Below, piece after piece: positions 27,832-35,320 of a stretch of DNA of 47,745 bases (positions are counted from its first letter, which is position 1; each line of letters opens with the position of its first letter). The stretch lies in NCBI GenBank assembly GCA_964468965.1, contig CAYXXA010000002.1:1-47745 (forward strand), read 5' to 3'. This DNA comes from an uncultured Candidatus Peribacteria bacterium. Lineage in GTDB: Bacteria; Patescibacteriota; Gracilibacteria; UBA4473. The notes below the pieces were generated by a model. The model searched no databases. It saw only the letters and a list, made by a program, of their open reading frames with translations, and had not been told where the DNA came from. Made by a program: the position numbers and the translations under genes.

Positions 27832-29034
27832 GTGAGATTTCTTTTTAATCGATTTCCTCGAGTAGACTTTACTTTGATTTATAAAGAAGGTTTTTACTGG
27901 TTAGGTTTAGGGCTTCTGCTTTATGCTATTGGACGCTACCTTGATTATAGAATCTACGGATTTTTTGAACCCTATCGTGGTGAAATTCTAGACACGTTAA
28001 CTGTTTTTGTAACTGAACGTTTACTCTATATTGTTCTTGGTACTTTTGGGGTCGTCATGTTATACCGCATGTGGAAACACCCCGAACATCATACCAAAAT
28101 GATCCCAGCCTTTTTTGCCGTTGCCACAACGGGGATATTGGCTTATATTTTAAAATCACTTTTTGCTATCCCTCGCCCATTTAAAGTTATGGATCTCCAA
28201 CCACTAGTAGACGCGGGGAGCTTTTCCTTTCCCTCTGGACACACGGCTACAGCTTTTGCCTTGTTGATTCCTCTCTGGCGAGTTTCCAAAATACTCGGTG
28301 TACTTTGGGCATTTTTTGCTATTTTTATGGGATTTTCTCGGGTTTATGAAATGGTTCATTTCCCCTCAGATATTGCTGGTGGGATCTTTCTTGGAGGACT
28401 CATTGGTGCTTTTTTCTCGCACCCAGAAATGCAAAAATGGATTAAACTTCTCTGGAAGAAAAACCTAGAATTTCGTCGACAATCTTTTCACTTTATTTTT
28501 GGTATCAGCTTTGTTTTTGCCCACTGGAAAGGCTTTCTCGATCTTCATGGTATTGGAGCTATTCTGGTCATCGGCTTACTTGTTTCCTTTGCTTCACAGT
28601 ATGGAAAACTTAAACTTCTTACAAAAATACTCAATCTTTTCGACCGACCAAGGGATAAAAAATTTCCAGGAAGAGGCGCTTTTTACTTTCTTTTGGGTAT
28701 ATTTCTCTGTTTCTTGCTTTTTGATGTAAAAATTGCCTATGCTGCTATTTTAATTTTATCTGTTGGGGATAGTCTTAACCACCTATTTACCAGAAAACTC
28801 CAAAATGTAATCCGAATGCCATGGAATAAACGAAAAAATATTTCAGGAATTTTATTAGGAATAGCCTTTGGAACGTTTGCCGCCCAGTTTTTTGTCCCCT
28901 TTGTTCCAGCCCTGACAGCTTCTACCATTGCTATATTTGCGGAAACCTTTCCCTTCCGTCTTGGAAAATTCTACATTGATGATAATATTTTCGTTCCCTT
29001 GCTAGCAGGCGGAATATTAAACTTATTGGTGTAA
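27832..29034 (+). CDS. Fusion of a PAP2 lipid-phosphate phosphatase with a CTP-dependent polyprenol (dolichol/phytol) kinase-like domain
   Basis: PAP2 motifs KSLFAIPRP, PSGHTATAF and SRVYEMVHFPSDIAGG. The C-terminal half carries SVGDSLNHLF...KRKNISGILLG and DDNIFVPL, which resemble the CTP_transf_1/dolichol-kinase family. GTG start. Confidence 0.65.
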   Translation: MRFLFNRFPRVDFTLIYKEGFYWLGLGLLLYAIGRYLDYRIYGFFEPYRGEILDTLTVFVTERLLYIVLGTFGVVMLYRMWKHPEHHTKMIPAFFAVATTGILAYILKSLFAIPRPFKVMDLQPLVDAGSFSFPSGHTATAFALLIPLWRVSKILGVLWAFFAIFMGFSRVYEMVHFPSDIAGGIFLGGLIGAFFSHPEMQKWIKLLWKKNLEFRRQSFHFIFGISFVFAHWKGFLDLHGIGAILVIGLLVSFASQYGKLKLLTKILNLFDRPRDKKFPGRGAFYFLLGIFLCFLLFDVKIAYAAILILSVGDSLNHLFTRKLQNVIRMPWNKRKNISGILLGIAFGTFAAQFFVPFVPALTASTIAIFAETFPFRLGKFYIDDNIFVPLLAGGILNLLV

Positions 29035-29137
29035 GACTCTTAAAAAAAATCCCATAAATGAGGAACTTCTTTTCAAGCAAAAAAACTCTTCTTAGAAAAG
29101 GTGTGTAAAAAGGGAGAGTACCGTTTATTGATGTTTT

Positions 29138-29212
29138 TGGTGGGTCGGGGCAGGATTGAACTGCCGGCCAACTGGTTAAAAGCCAGATGCTCTACCACTG
29201 AGCTACCGACCC
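29138..29212 (-). tRNA. tRNA-Lys (anticodon UUU), CCA encoded
   Basis: Hand-folded cloverleaf: acceptor GGGTCGG/CCGACCC, D-arm GCTC..GAGC, anticodon loop CTTTTAA, T-arm GGCAG-TTCAATC-CTGCC. Confidence 0.9.
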
Positions 29213-29240
29213 GTTGCGGATAGTTTTCGACAAGTTTTTT

Positions 29241-29317
29241 TGGTGGAGCTACAGGGATTCGAACCCTGGACCCCCTGCTTGCAAAGCAGGTGCTCTAGCC
29301 AGCTGAGCTATAGCCCC
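29241..29317 (-). tRNA. tRNA-Ala (anticodon UGC), CCA encoded
   Basis: Cloverleaf with acceptor GGGGCTA/TAGCTCC, including the G3:U70 Ala identity pair. Anticodon loop TTTGCAA, T-loop TTCGAAT. Confidence 0.9.
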
Positions 29318-29347
29318 GTAAAGAGAACTTGTGTGGTAAATGTACTA

Positions 29348-29578
29348 TCAACGCCCAAATAATGGACCAAAAAAGGAAATAAGCAATGGCTGTAATCCCC
29401 CCATTGCCCACATGAAGGATAGAATTGAAAGTCCAAGTCCAAAGAGTTTTACAAAAGTGTAAGTCCCACCTTGTAGAAATAGTTTTTCGGCAAAGTCAAT
29501 CTCTCCCGTATACTCTACAATATTCCTGGCATAAACAATCATAGCAATCCCAATCGGAATCAAAATCCAAGCTAACAT
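29348..29578 (-). CDS. Hypothetical small membrane protein (76 aa, 2-3 TM segments)
   Basis: Hydrophobic segments MLAWILIPIGIAMIVY and LFGLGLSILSFMWAMGGL. It is divergent from the pilin-like genes. Confidence 0.4.
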   Translation of the reverse strand: MLAWILIPIGIAMIVYARNIVEYTGEIDFAEKLFLQGGTYTFVKLFGLGLSILSFMWAMGGLQPLLISFFGPLFGR

Positions 29579-29687
29579 GATAATACTTAATAAATCGAAA
29601 AGAGCTAAACGCCAACAGATTCTAAAAACAAAAATACTTTTGTCAAAAATAATTGCGGAAAGTTTCTTTTTTCGCTATAATAAGGGA

Positions 29688-30698
29688 ATGGTGAAATATA
29701 TACTAGCCCTTCTTATCCTTTCTGGAAGTATTATCACAGAAACTTCCTTTGCCGATGATGCTTCGGGGAGTTATGACGATATAATGCCAAACTGGGAAAT
29801 AGGACAAACAACATCCAATTCAACCACACCAAAAAACAATACTAAAACAAGTACCTCCTCAACAAAGAGCAGAAAAACTCTCAAACTTCCAGATATAAAG
29901 AACTACGATCACGCTATTAAAAATAATCGCATCATAAAAACTATCGGTGATGGACAAGGACGCGGTGGTATTAAGTATGCCTTTAGAAATTTAGTAGGGC
30001 CAGACAGTGCTATAATCCCTGTCATTAACTATATTATGGCTGCCATTGCCCTTATCTGGCTCAGTATTCTTGGTGCTAAGTTTATATTTTCTCGAGGGGA
30101 AGAGGAAAACTTATCAAAGTATAAACAACAATTTGGATGGATTATTCTAGGACTACTCATTATCTCCATCGCTGAATATGTGGCATTCAATGTCTTTGAC
30201 CCCGTTTCAACTGGGGCTTTGGATACCAATGATGGCGTTAATCAGTTTGTTGAGATTATCCGGAAGATTATTACCTTCTTAAAATATCTCGTTGGAGGGG
30301 TTGCCCTTCTCGCTGGAGTACGGTCTGGGTTTGCCCTCATTGTTGGTGGAGGTGAAGATGACGTCATTCAAAAAGAAAAAGAGTTTGTAAAAATATTCCT
30401 TTTTGCCATTGCTCTAATTATCATGGCTGAATCACTTGAGCGATGGATTGATCTCAGTGCCGGTGGTGTTGGTATTCAGGCCGAAGGTCTAGTTATCGAA
30501 GCTGTAGGAATTATAAACTTTATTCTCACTTTTATCGCTGGAGCAGCTCTCTTTATGTTAGTCCTTTCAAGTCTTTACTACATTATTAGTTTTGGAGATG
30601 AAGAGATAACTGGACGTGCCAAAAAAATGATTATCGCTAGCATTGTAGGACTTATTATTGCCTATTCAGCTTATACTATCGTTCGATTTCTTGTTTAA
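29688..30698 (+). CDS. Secreted membrane protein with three tandem VirB2/TrbC-type (T4SS pilin-like) modules
   Basis: Signal peptide MVKYILALLILSGSIITETSFA. Three TM-loop-TM modules have acidic loops: FSRGEEENLSKYKQ, VGGGEDDVIQKEKE and ISFGDEEITGRAKKMIIASIVGLIIAYSAYTIVRF. I preferred the ATG at 29688 over 29577, which would overlap the divergent gene. Confidence 0.55.
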   Translation: MVKYILALLILSGSIITETSFADDASGSYDDIMPNWEIGQTTSNSTTPKNNTKTSTSSTKSRKTLKLPDIKNYDHAIKNNRIIKTIGDGQGRGGIKYAFRNLVGPDSAIIPVINYIMAAIALIWLSILGAKFIFSRGEEENLSKYKQQFGWIILGLLIISIAEYVAFNVFDPVSTGALDTNDGVNQFVEIIRKIITFLKYLVGGVALLAGVRSGFALIVGGGEDDVIQKEKEFVKIFLFAIALIIMAESLERWIDLSAGGVGIQAEGLVIEAVGIINFILTFIAGAALFMLVLSSLYYIISFGDEEITGRAKKMIIASIVGLIIAYSAYTIVRFLV

Positions 30699-30703
30699 AT
30701 TAT

Positions 30704-31618
30704 ATGTCAAAAATATTTCTCAGCTTCGTTATTTCTATTATGAGTATCAGCTTTGTCTGCGAAACAAGTTTTGCCGTTGTCGATTCGCGAAGTGTCTTTA
30801 GTGGTAATCGAGAGCTTCTTGGAGAACAATTAGATATCAAAGATTACAGTAACATTAGCATTGACGGTCGATCCTGTCAGAATCGTGAAATCCGTTGTAT
30901 TATAGAAAGTATCATTGAGTACCTCAAAAAGTTACTGCTTCCTATTGCTATCGTTCTTTTAATGTGGTCTGGAATCTATCTTCTCTTAGTTCGAACCGAT
31001 GAAGAAGCCTTTAAAAAAAGAAAAAACGAAGTCTTTGGAATCTTTGCTGGATTTATGATCATTCTCATATCGGCAAGCCTCATTGACAATGTTTTCTTTG
31101 GAACACAAGGAGAGATCCTTCAAGGAGCAGATACTTCATGGTTTGCCCAATCAGCACTTATTCAGATCAATGGGTTGGTAAATTTTTTACTAACTTTTGT
31201 TGTCCCTGTCGGCGTTCTTGTTTTAATTGTCAGTGCTTTCCAGCTCATCATTGGTGGTGGTGATGATGAACAAATGAGTAAAGCTAAAAAGAAAATTATA
31301 TATGTCATTATCGGAATTGCCGTTATCCTTCTAACCCAGTCTATTGTTGGTGCACTGACCGGAGGGGAAGAAATAAAACCTATCAATGCAAAACCTTACC
31401 TTATCATTCTTGTCAGCTGGATAAACTGGATTCTTGGATTTATTGGAGTATTAGGTGTCTTAGCTATCGTCTGGGCTGGAATTTCTATGATCGCCCACTT
31501 TGGTGATGAAGAACGAGTAGAAAGTGCCAAGAATATTATCAAATTTGTTGCTATTGGACTTATTATTGCCTTCTCCTCTTGGACTATTATTCGGTTTTTT
31601 CTTACAGCAGGAAACTAA
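30704..31618 (+). CDS. Paralogous secreted membrane protein with three tandem VirB2/TrbC-type pilin-like modules
   Basis: Signal peptide MSKIFLSFVISIMSISFVCETSFA. Module loops are LVRTDEEAFKKRKN, IGGGDDEQMSKAKKKIIYVIIGIAV and AHFGDEERVESAKNIIKFVAIGLIIAFSSWTIIRF. It has the same architecture as the upstream gene. Confidence 0.55.
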   Translation: MSKIFLSFVISIMSISFVCETSFAVVDSRSVFSGNRELLGEQLDIKDYSNISIDGRSCQNREIRCIIESIIEYLKKLLLPIAIVLLMWSGIYLLLVRTDEEAFKKRKNEVFGIFAGFMIILISASLIDNVFFGTQGEILQGADTSWFAQSALIQINGLVNFLLTFVVPVGVLVLIVSAFQLIIGGGDDEQMSKAKKKIIYVIIGIAVILLTQSIVGALTGGEEIKPINAKPYLIILVSWINWILGFIGVLGVLAIVWAGISMIAHFGDEERVESAKNIIKFVAIGLIIAFSSWTIIRFFLTAGN

Positions 31619-31785
31619 GATCGTTGTAAAATTCCGTATTTTACAAAAAAATGTGTAGTTATTTGTTTCTATGCCAACTCCTATTTTTTCGTGAATCGTT
31701 TATAATTTTCTAAGATCGAAAGAATGAGAAGGGGAAAACCGGAAAGGTTTTGAACTTTGAACTTAAAACTTTAAACTCACGATGA

Positions 31786-32559
31786 ATGATCACAATTATC
31801 ACGGTCAATTATCGAAATTTTAACGCACTTAAGCAGTGTTGGAAAAGCTTAAAAAAACAAAACTTTAAAGATTTTGAATGGATTATTGTCGATAATAATT
31901 CTCCACGGGAAGAGTCTAAAGTCTTAGAAGCTTATTTTAAAAATGAGGCAGGAGTCTTTATTATTCCACTGAATAAAAATATCGGATTCGGAGGCGCTTC
32001 CAATCAGGGAGCACTATTTGCTAAAGGAGAAATATTAGCTTTTATGAATCCAGATATTGAAATTAAGGACAACTGTTTTTCATCGCTAATAACTACCCTA
32101 AAAACAAAGAAAAACATAGGTATTGTCGTTCCTAAATTACTAGGAAAAAATGGGGACTATCTGGGCAATGGTCGCCAGTTTCCAACGGTCTTAGAACTTT
32201 TTGGAAGACGGTTAGTACTAAATCCCGAAACCCAAACTATAGAACGTAAAAAAGCATTTCCCATTGATTGGGCACAAGGAAGTTTTTTAGTGATGAAGAA
32301 GTCTTTCTTTAAAAAACTAGGCGGTTTTGATCCGAATTTTTTTCTTTTTATGGAAGATACCGACCTTTGTCGTCAGTGTTGGAGACAGCATAAATCTGTT
32401 ATGCTTGACCCAAAAGCAACAGCATTACATGGAGAACAACGACTCTCTGGTGGACATGTTTTAACGGCTATTTTTAAGAAAACATTTTGGATCCATTTGG
32501 TTTCAATGGTGAAGTATTTCCAAAAATACAAAGGGAAGTCTAATCCACGAAAATCATGA
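31786..32559 (+). CDS. Family 2 glycosyltransferase
   Basis: ITVNYRN...IIVDNNS...GFGGASNQG...MEDTDLC is the typical GT-A/GT2 DxD-type pattern. Confidence 0.85.
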   Translation: MITIITVNYRNFNALKQCWKSLKKQNFKDFEWIIVDNNSPREESKVLEAYFKNEAGVFIIPLNKNIGFGGASNQGALFAKGEILAFMNPDIEIKDNCFSSLITTLKTKKNIGIVVPKLLGKNGDYLGNGRQFPTVLELFGRRLVLNPETQTIERKKAFPIDWAQGSFLVMKKSFFKKLGGFDPNFFLFMEDTDLCRQCWRQHKSVMLDPKATALHGEQRLSGGHVLTAIFKKTFWIHLVSMVKYFQKYKGKSNPRKS

Positions 32560-33188
32560 AAATTATTTGTCCGATTCGTCCTCGAAACTTTAAAGAATTT
32601 AAAAATTTGGTTTCTAAAATTAATAACCGTGCTGATATTATTGAAGTATGGATTGATCAAGTTTCAGACGACTTCTTTAAAAAATTTAAGACTTTTGAAA
32701 AAGGGAAAATGAAATTTTTGGCGGTTTGTAAACAGATTCAAGAAAAAGGACATTTTGTAGGAAACTCAATAGATCGAGTTGAGCAATTAAAGAAGTTTTT
32801 GTTGTCAGGAGGACGCTTTGTGGATCTTGATATTACACAGAACAAAAAAGAAGCCATTGAAAAAATTGATACTAAAAAGTTAATCTTGAGTTTTCACGAT
32901 TTCAATGGTGTTTCGGATAATCTAAAGGAAATATTGCAGTCGATGCGAGCACTTAATCCTGTGATTTACAAGTTCGCGGTAACGGTTAACACGAGAAGTG
33001 ATTTAGACAAGTTCATGGCTTTTATACAAAAATTCCCACCTCACAAAAAAGCTATTTTTACAACAATGGGAAAGTTTGGAAAAGAAGGACGAAAACAAAT
33101 TGGCGAAAAATCTTGGGGACAATTTTTCGCTCTTGATAAAGAATCAACAACAGCTTCTGGACAAAGAACAGTCGAAGATATTTTCTAG
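32556..33188 (+). CDS. aroD: Type I 3-dehydroquinate dehydratase
   Basis: By-eye alignment to E. coli AroD: DIIEVWID, FVDLDI, the catalytic His in LILSFHDFNG, the Schiff-base Lys in IYKFAV, and ...TASGQ. It has an ATGA start/stop overlap with the GT2 gene. Confidence 0.75.
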   Translation: MKIICPIRPRNFKEFKNLVSKINNRADIIEVWIDQVSDDFFKKFKTFEKGKMKFLAVCKQIQEKGHFVGNSIDRVEQLKKFLLSGGRFVDLDITQNKKEAIEKIDTKKLILSFHDFNGVSDNLKEILQSMRALNPVIYKFAVTVNTRSDLDKFMAFIQKFPPHKKAIFTTMGKFGKEGRKQIGEKSWGQFFALDKESTTASGQRTVEDIF

Positions 33189-33194
33189 GGCTTC

Positions 33195-34154
33195 TTATAC
33201 AGTTTCTTTTTCATCAGCACTTTGCGTTACCGCAATAATAGAGGATTCCAACTCAATAAGTGTTTCCATGAGAGCTTTTTGTACCTGTTTAACCTTTTTT
33301 CGAATTGGCCGTTGGGTAGATTCGTTTATATAAAGTCCTCGATCAAACTCCACCTGAATGGTATATATTTTTTTTCCATTGAGTAGCTTTCGAAGCTTTT
33401 CGTTTTTTTGCGTGTTCCCAAAGGTACGAATAATATTCCCACCATAAAACAAGTGGTTTACTTTAACATCTTCCCGTTCAAATTTTAGTTTTCGAGCCAG
33501 TGTTTCCTGAAAAATTTCCATTAGATAATCAGGAGCGGTTCCAAAACATCCATTTTCTACTTCTTCATCTGGGGCATTGGAAATAATTACTTTGGGCATC
33601 TGAAAAAGCCCAACTCGCTTACGATCCTTTGATTTTGTCGGACCAAGAATAAGGTTTCCCGTATCATGAACATCAACTAGAAGAATGGGACGATCTTTAT
33701 TTTCCACTTTTTTAATCGTTCGTTCAATTGTTTTAAAAATACTTTTGTAATAAGGGTGATAGGATAGTTTAAGGATTTTATTGAGCCAGAAACTATGAAA
33801 CCAAGAGGTTGTTAGCCGTTTTTCAAACTTTTCCGAGAAAATACAGTTACCACCAAAGTCCTTAAACCGGATGAGATCAGGGGAATTTTTAGCTCGGTTT
33901 GGGTCACCAATAAGTCGTCCATACTGTGGAATAACCTTTTGATCCGTTGGAACGTCTTCTATCAAATATTTTGTTCCGTAATCAGAGAAATTTAATAACA
34001 GTCGGGGTGAGGTTTGGTAATAAGGAGAAAGCTTGGGAAAGATCGAAAGTGGAATTTTAAAACTTCCGTGAGTAGCGGTTACAATAATATTTTTAGGAAA
34101 ATGTTTCTTTTTCCAGATAAGTTTTTTGAGTTTATTAAATAGATTAAATTTCAT
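33195..34154 (-). CDS. N-formylglutamate amidohydrolase (FGase) family-like hydrolase
   Basis: The pattern THGSFKIP ... SDYGT ... GDPNR ... ILLVDVHDTG ... FYGGN resembles the FGase family. Assigned by eye only. Confidence 0.5.
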   Translation of the reverse strand: MKFNLFNKLKKLIWKKKHFPKNIIVTATHGSFKIPLSIFPKLSPYYQTSPRLLLNFSDYGTKYLIEDVPTDQKVIPQYGRLIGDPNRAKNSPDLIRFKDFGGNCIFSEKFEKRLTTSWFHSFWLNKILKLSYHPYYKSIFKTIERTIKKVENKDRPILLVDVHDTGNLILGPTKSKDRKRVGLFQMPKVIISNAPDEEVENGCFGTAPDYLMEIFQETLARKLKFEREDVKVNHLFYGGNIIRTFGNTQKNEKLRKLLNGKKIYTIQVEFDRGLYINESTQRPIRKKVKQVQKALMETLIELESSIIAVTQSADEKETV

Positions 34155-34702
34155 TACTTTAGGTCTTCACGAAGACATTCATACCTTATAGAATTATGAT
34201 AAACACCATTTTTGAGGTAGTGTTTTTTGAGTAAGCCAATCTTACGAAATCCGACCTTTTGGAGCAACTTTTCTGATCCAATATTTCCTTCAAAAAATCC
34301 TGCAAATATTTTTCGTAAACGTTTTTCAAAAAACCCAAACTGACAAATTCTTCTAAGCGCTTCAGTACCAAAACCTTTCCCCTGAGCTGTTGGACTAAGC
34401 CAAAAACTAATAAATGCAGAATCCTTTCGAGCATCTTGCTGAACTTCTTGAAAATTTCGAATAGTGATTCGACCGATAAGAGTCTTATTTTCAAAAATAC
34501 CAAAATTAAGATCGTTCGGGTCTCGTGTTTGTAAAAGCTTTTGCCGGGCTTCTTGTAAATCTTTCGGTGGATTCCATGTCATAAAATCCGCCAGTTCTGG
34601 GTACTGCTGAATAATAGTGAAAAGATCCGCAATATCCGATTGATTTAAGATTCGGTAGGTTAGTCGGTCGGAGTGAAGTTCTATTTTTTCCATATCCTTC
34701 AT
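34154..34702 (-). CDS. GNAT-family N-acetyltransferase (RimJ/RimL-like)
   Basis: The LTYRILNQSD start and the acetyl-CoA motif QGKGFGTEALRRICQFGF. Its stop overlaps the next gene's start (TAATG). Confidence 0.8.
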   Translation of the reverse strand: MKDMEKIELHSDRLTYRILNQSDIADLFTIIQQYPELADFMTWNPPKDLQEARQKLLQTRDPNDLNFGIFENKTLIGRITIRNFQEVQQDARKDSAFISFWLSPTAQGKGFGTEALRRICQFGFFEKRLRKIFAGFFEGNIGSEKLLQKVGFRKIGLLKKHYLKNGVYHNSIRYECLREDLK

Positions 34703-34870
34703 AGTTTAATCGAAAAAAATTTATTATCACGAATAATACTAAAAAAGATCCTGGTAAATCAAGAAATATATTCTAAATAAGTCTTGAAAAGACAGCCTAA
34801 AAAAATTTGCATTTGTTTTTCATTTTTTTAATATCATTTGGCTTTTTCCTCAAAAAAAGCGATAGAAGTC

Positions 34871-34947
34871 GCCACCTTAGCTCAGCTGGCTAGAGCAGTG
34901 GATTTGTAACCCGCAGGTCGTCGGTTCGATTCCGACAGGTGGCTCCA
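34871..34947 (+). tRNA. tRNA-Thr (anticodon UGU), CCA encoded
   Basis: Cloverleaf: acceptor GCCACCT/AGGTGGC, D-arm GCTC..GAGC, anticodon loop TTTGTAA, T-arm GTCGG-TTCGATT-CCGAC. Confidence 0.9.
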
Positions 34948-34987
34948 GAAAAAATCAGTATTTCTTAAGGAAGTAGTGGTTTTTTTG

Positions 34988-35320
34988 CTAGGAAGAAAGA
35001 CTAACACTTCCCGCTTCAAAGGGAAATTTTTGAACTCTTATTTCCCATTTTTTTATATCAGGAAAGGTTTTTTTGAGGGATTGCCCAAGTTTCGCGTGGA
35101 AGTGTTCCAGTAGACAAAAAGAGGTTTCGGCTGGAAACTGCTGGACGAACTGATAGATCTGAAAGTAATCAATAGTGTCTTTGATATCATCCGATTGTTC
35201 GGCTTTTTGAGTATCAAACTTAAATGTTAGTGAAACGAGAATTTCCTGTTTTGTTGCACGCTCTTCGTGGGGAACCCCAAGGAAAACTTGAACGGGAATG
35301 TCATGGATTTTAAACTTCAT
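34988..35320 (-). CDS. folB: Dihydroneopterin aldolase
   Basis: MKFKIHDIPVQVFLGVPHEERATKQEILVSLTF...SDDIKDTIDYFQIY...LLEHFHAKL matches the FolB pattern. The ATG at 35320 overlaps the recJ stop (ATGA). Confidence 0.75.
   Translation of the reverse strand: MKFKIHDIPVQVFLGVPHEERATKQEILVSLTFKFDTQKAEQSDDIKDTIDYFQIYQFVQQFPAETSFCLLEHFHAKLGQSLKKTFPDIKKWEIRVQKFPFEAGSVSLSS

Noticed and set aside
29035-29347. I checked for a tRNA-adjacent mobile element or integration site at the tRNA clusters (Lys/Ala, Thr at 34871, Ile at 41174, Val/Phe at 47430).
   Set aside because: I found no integrase, recombinase or transposase ORF, and no partial tRNA 3'-end duplication in the flanks. Only the twin-gene cassette next to tRNA-Ile looks accessory, and it is reported separately.
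29577-29687. An upstream ATG at 29577 that would add 37 residues to the first pilin-like protein.
   Set aside because: It would overlap the start codon of the divergent 76-aa gene head to head. It would also bury the obvious signal peptide (MVKYILALLILSG...ETSFA), which begins at 29688 behind an AAGGGA Shine-Dalgarno-like element.
31624-31646. A perfect 9-bp AT-rich hairpin, TTGTAAAAT-TCCGT-ATTTTACAA, after the second pilin-like gene, considered as a terminator.
   Set aside because: On the coding strand it is followed by an A-tract rather than a T-tract, and the stem is nearly all A/T. It is too weak to call an intrinsic terminator.
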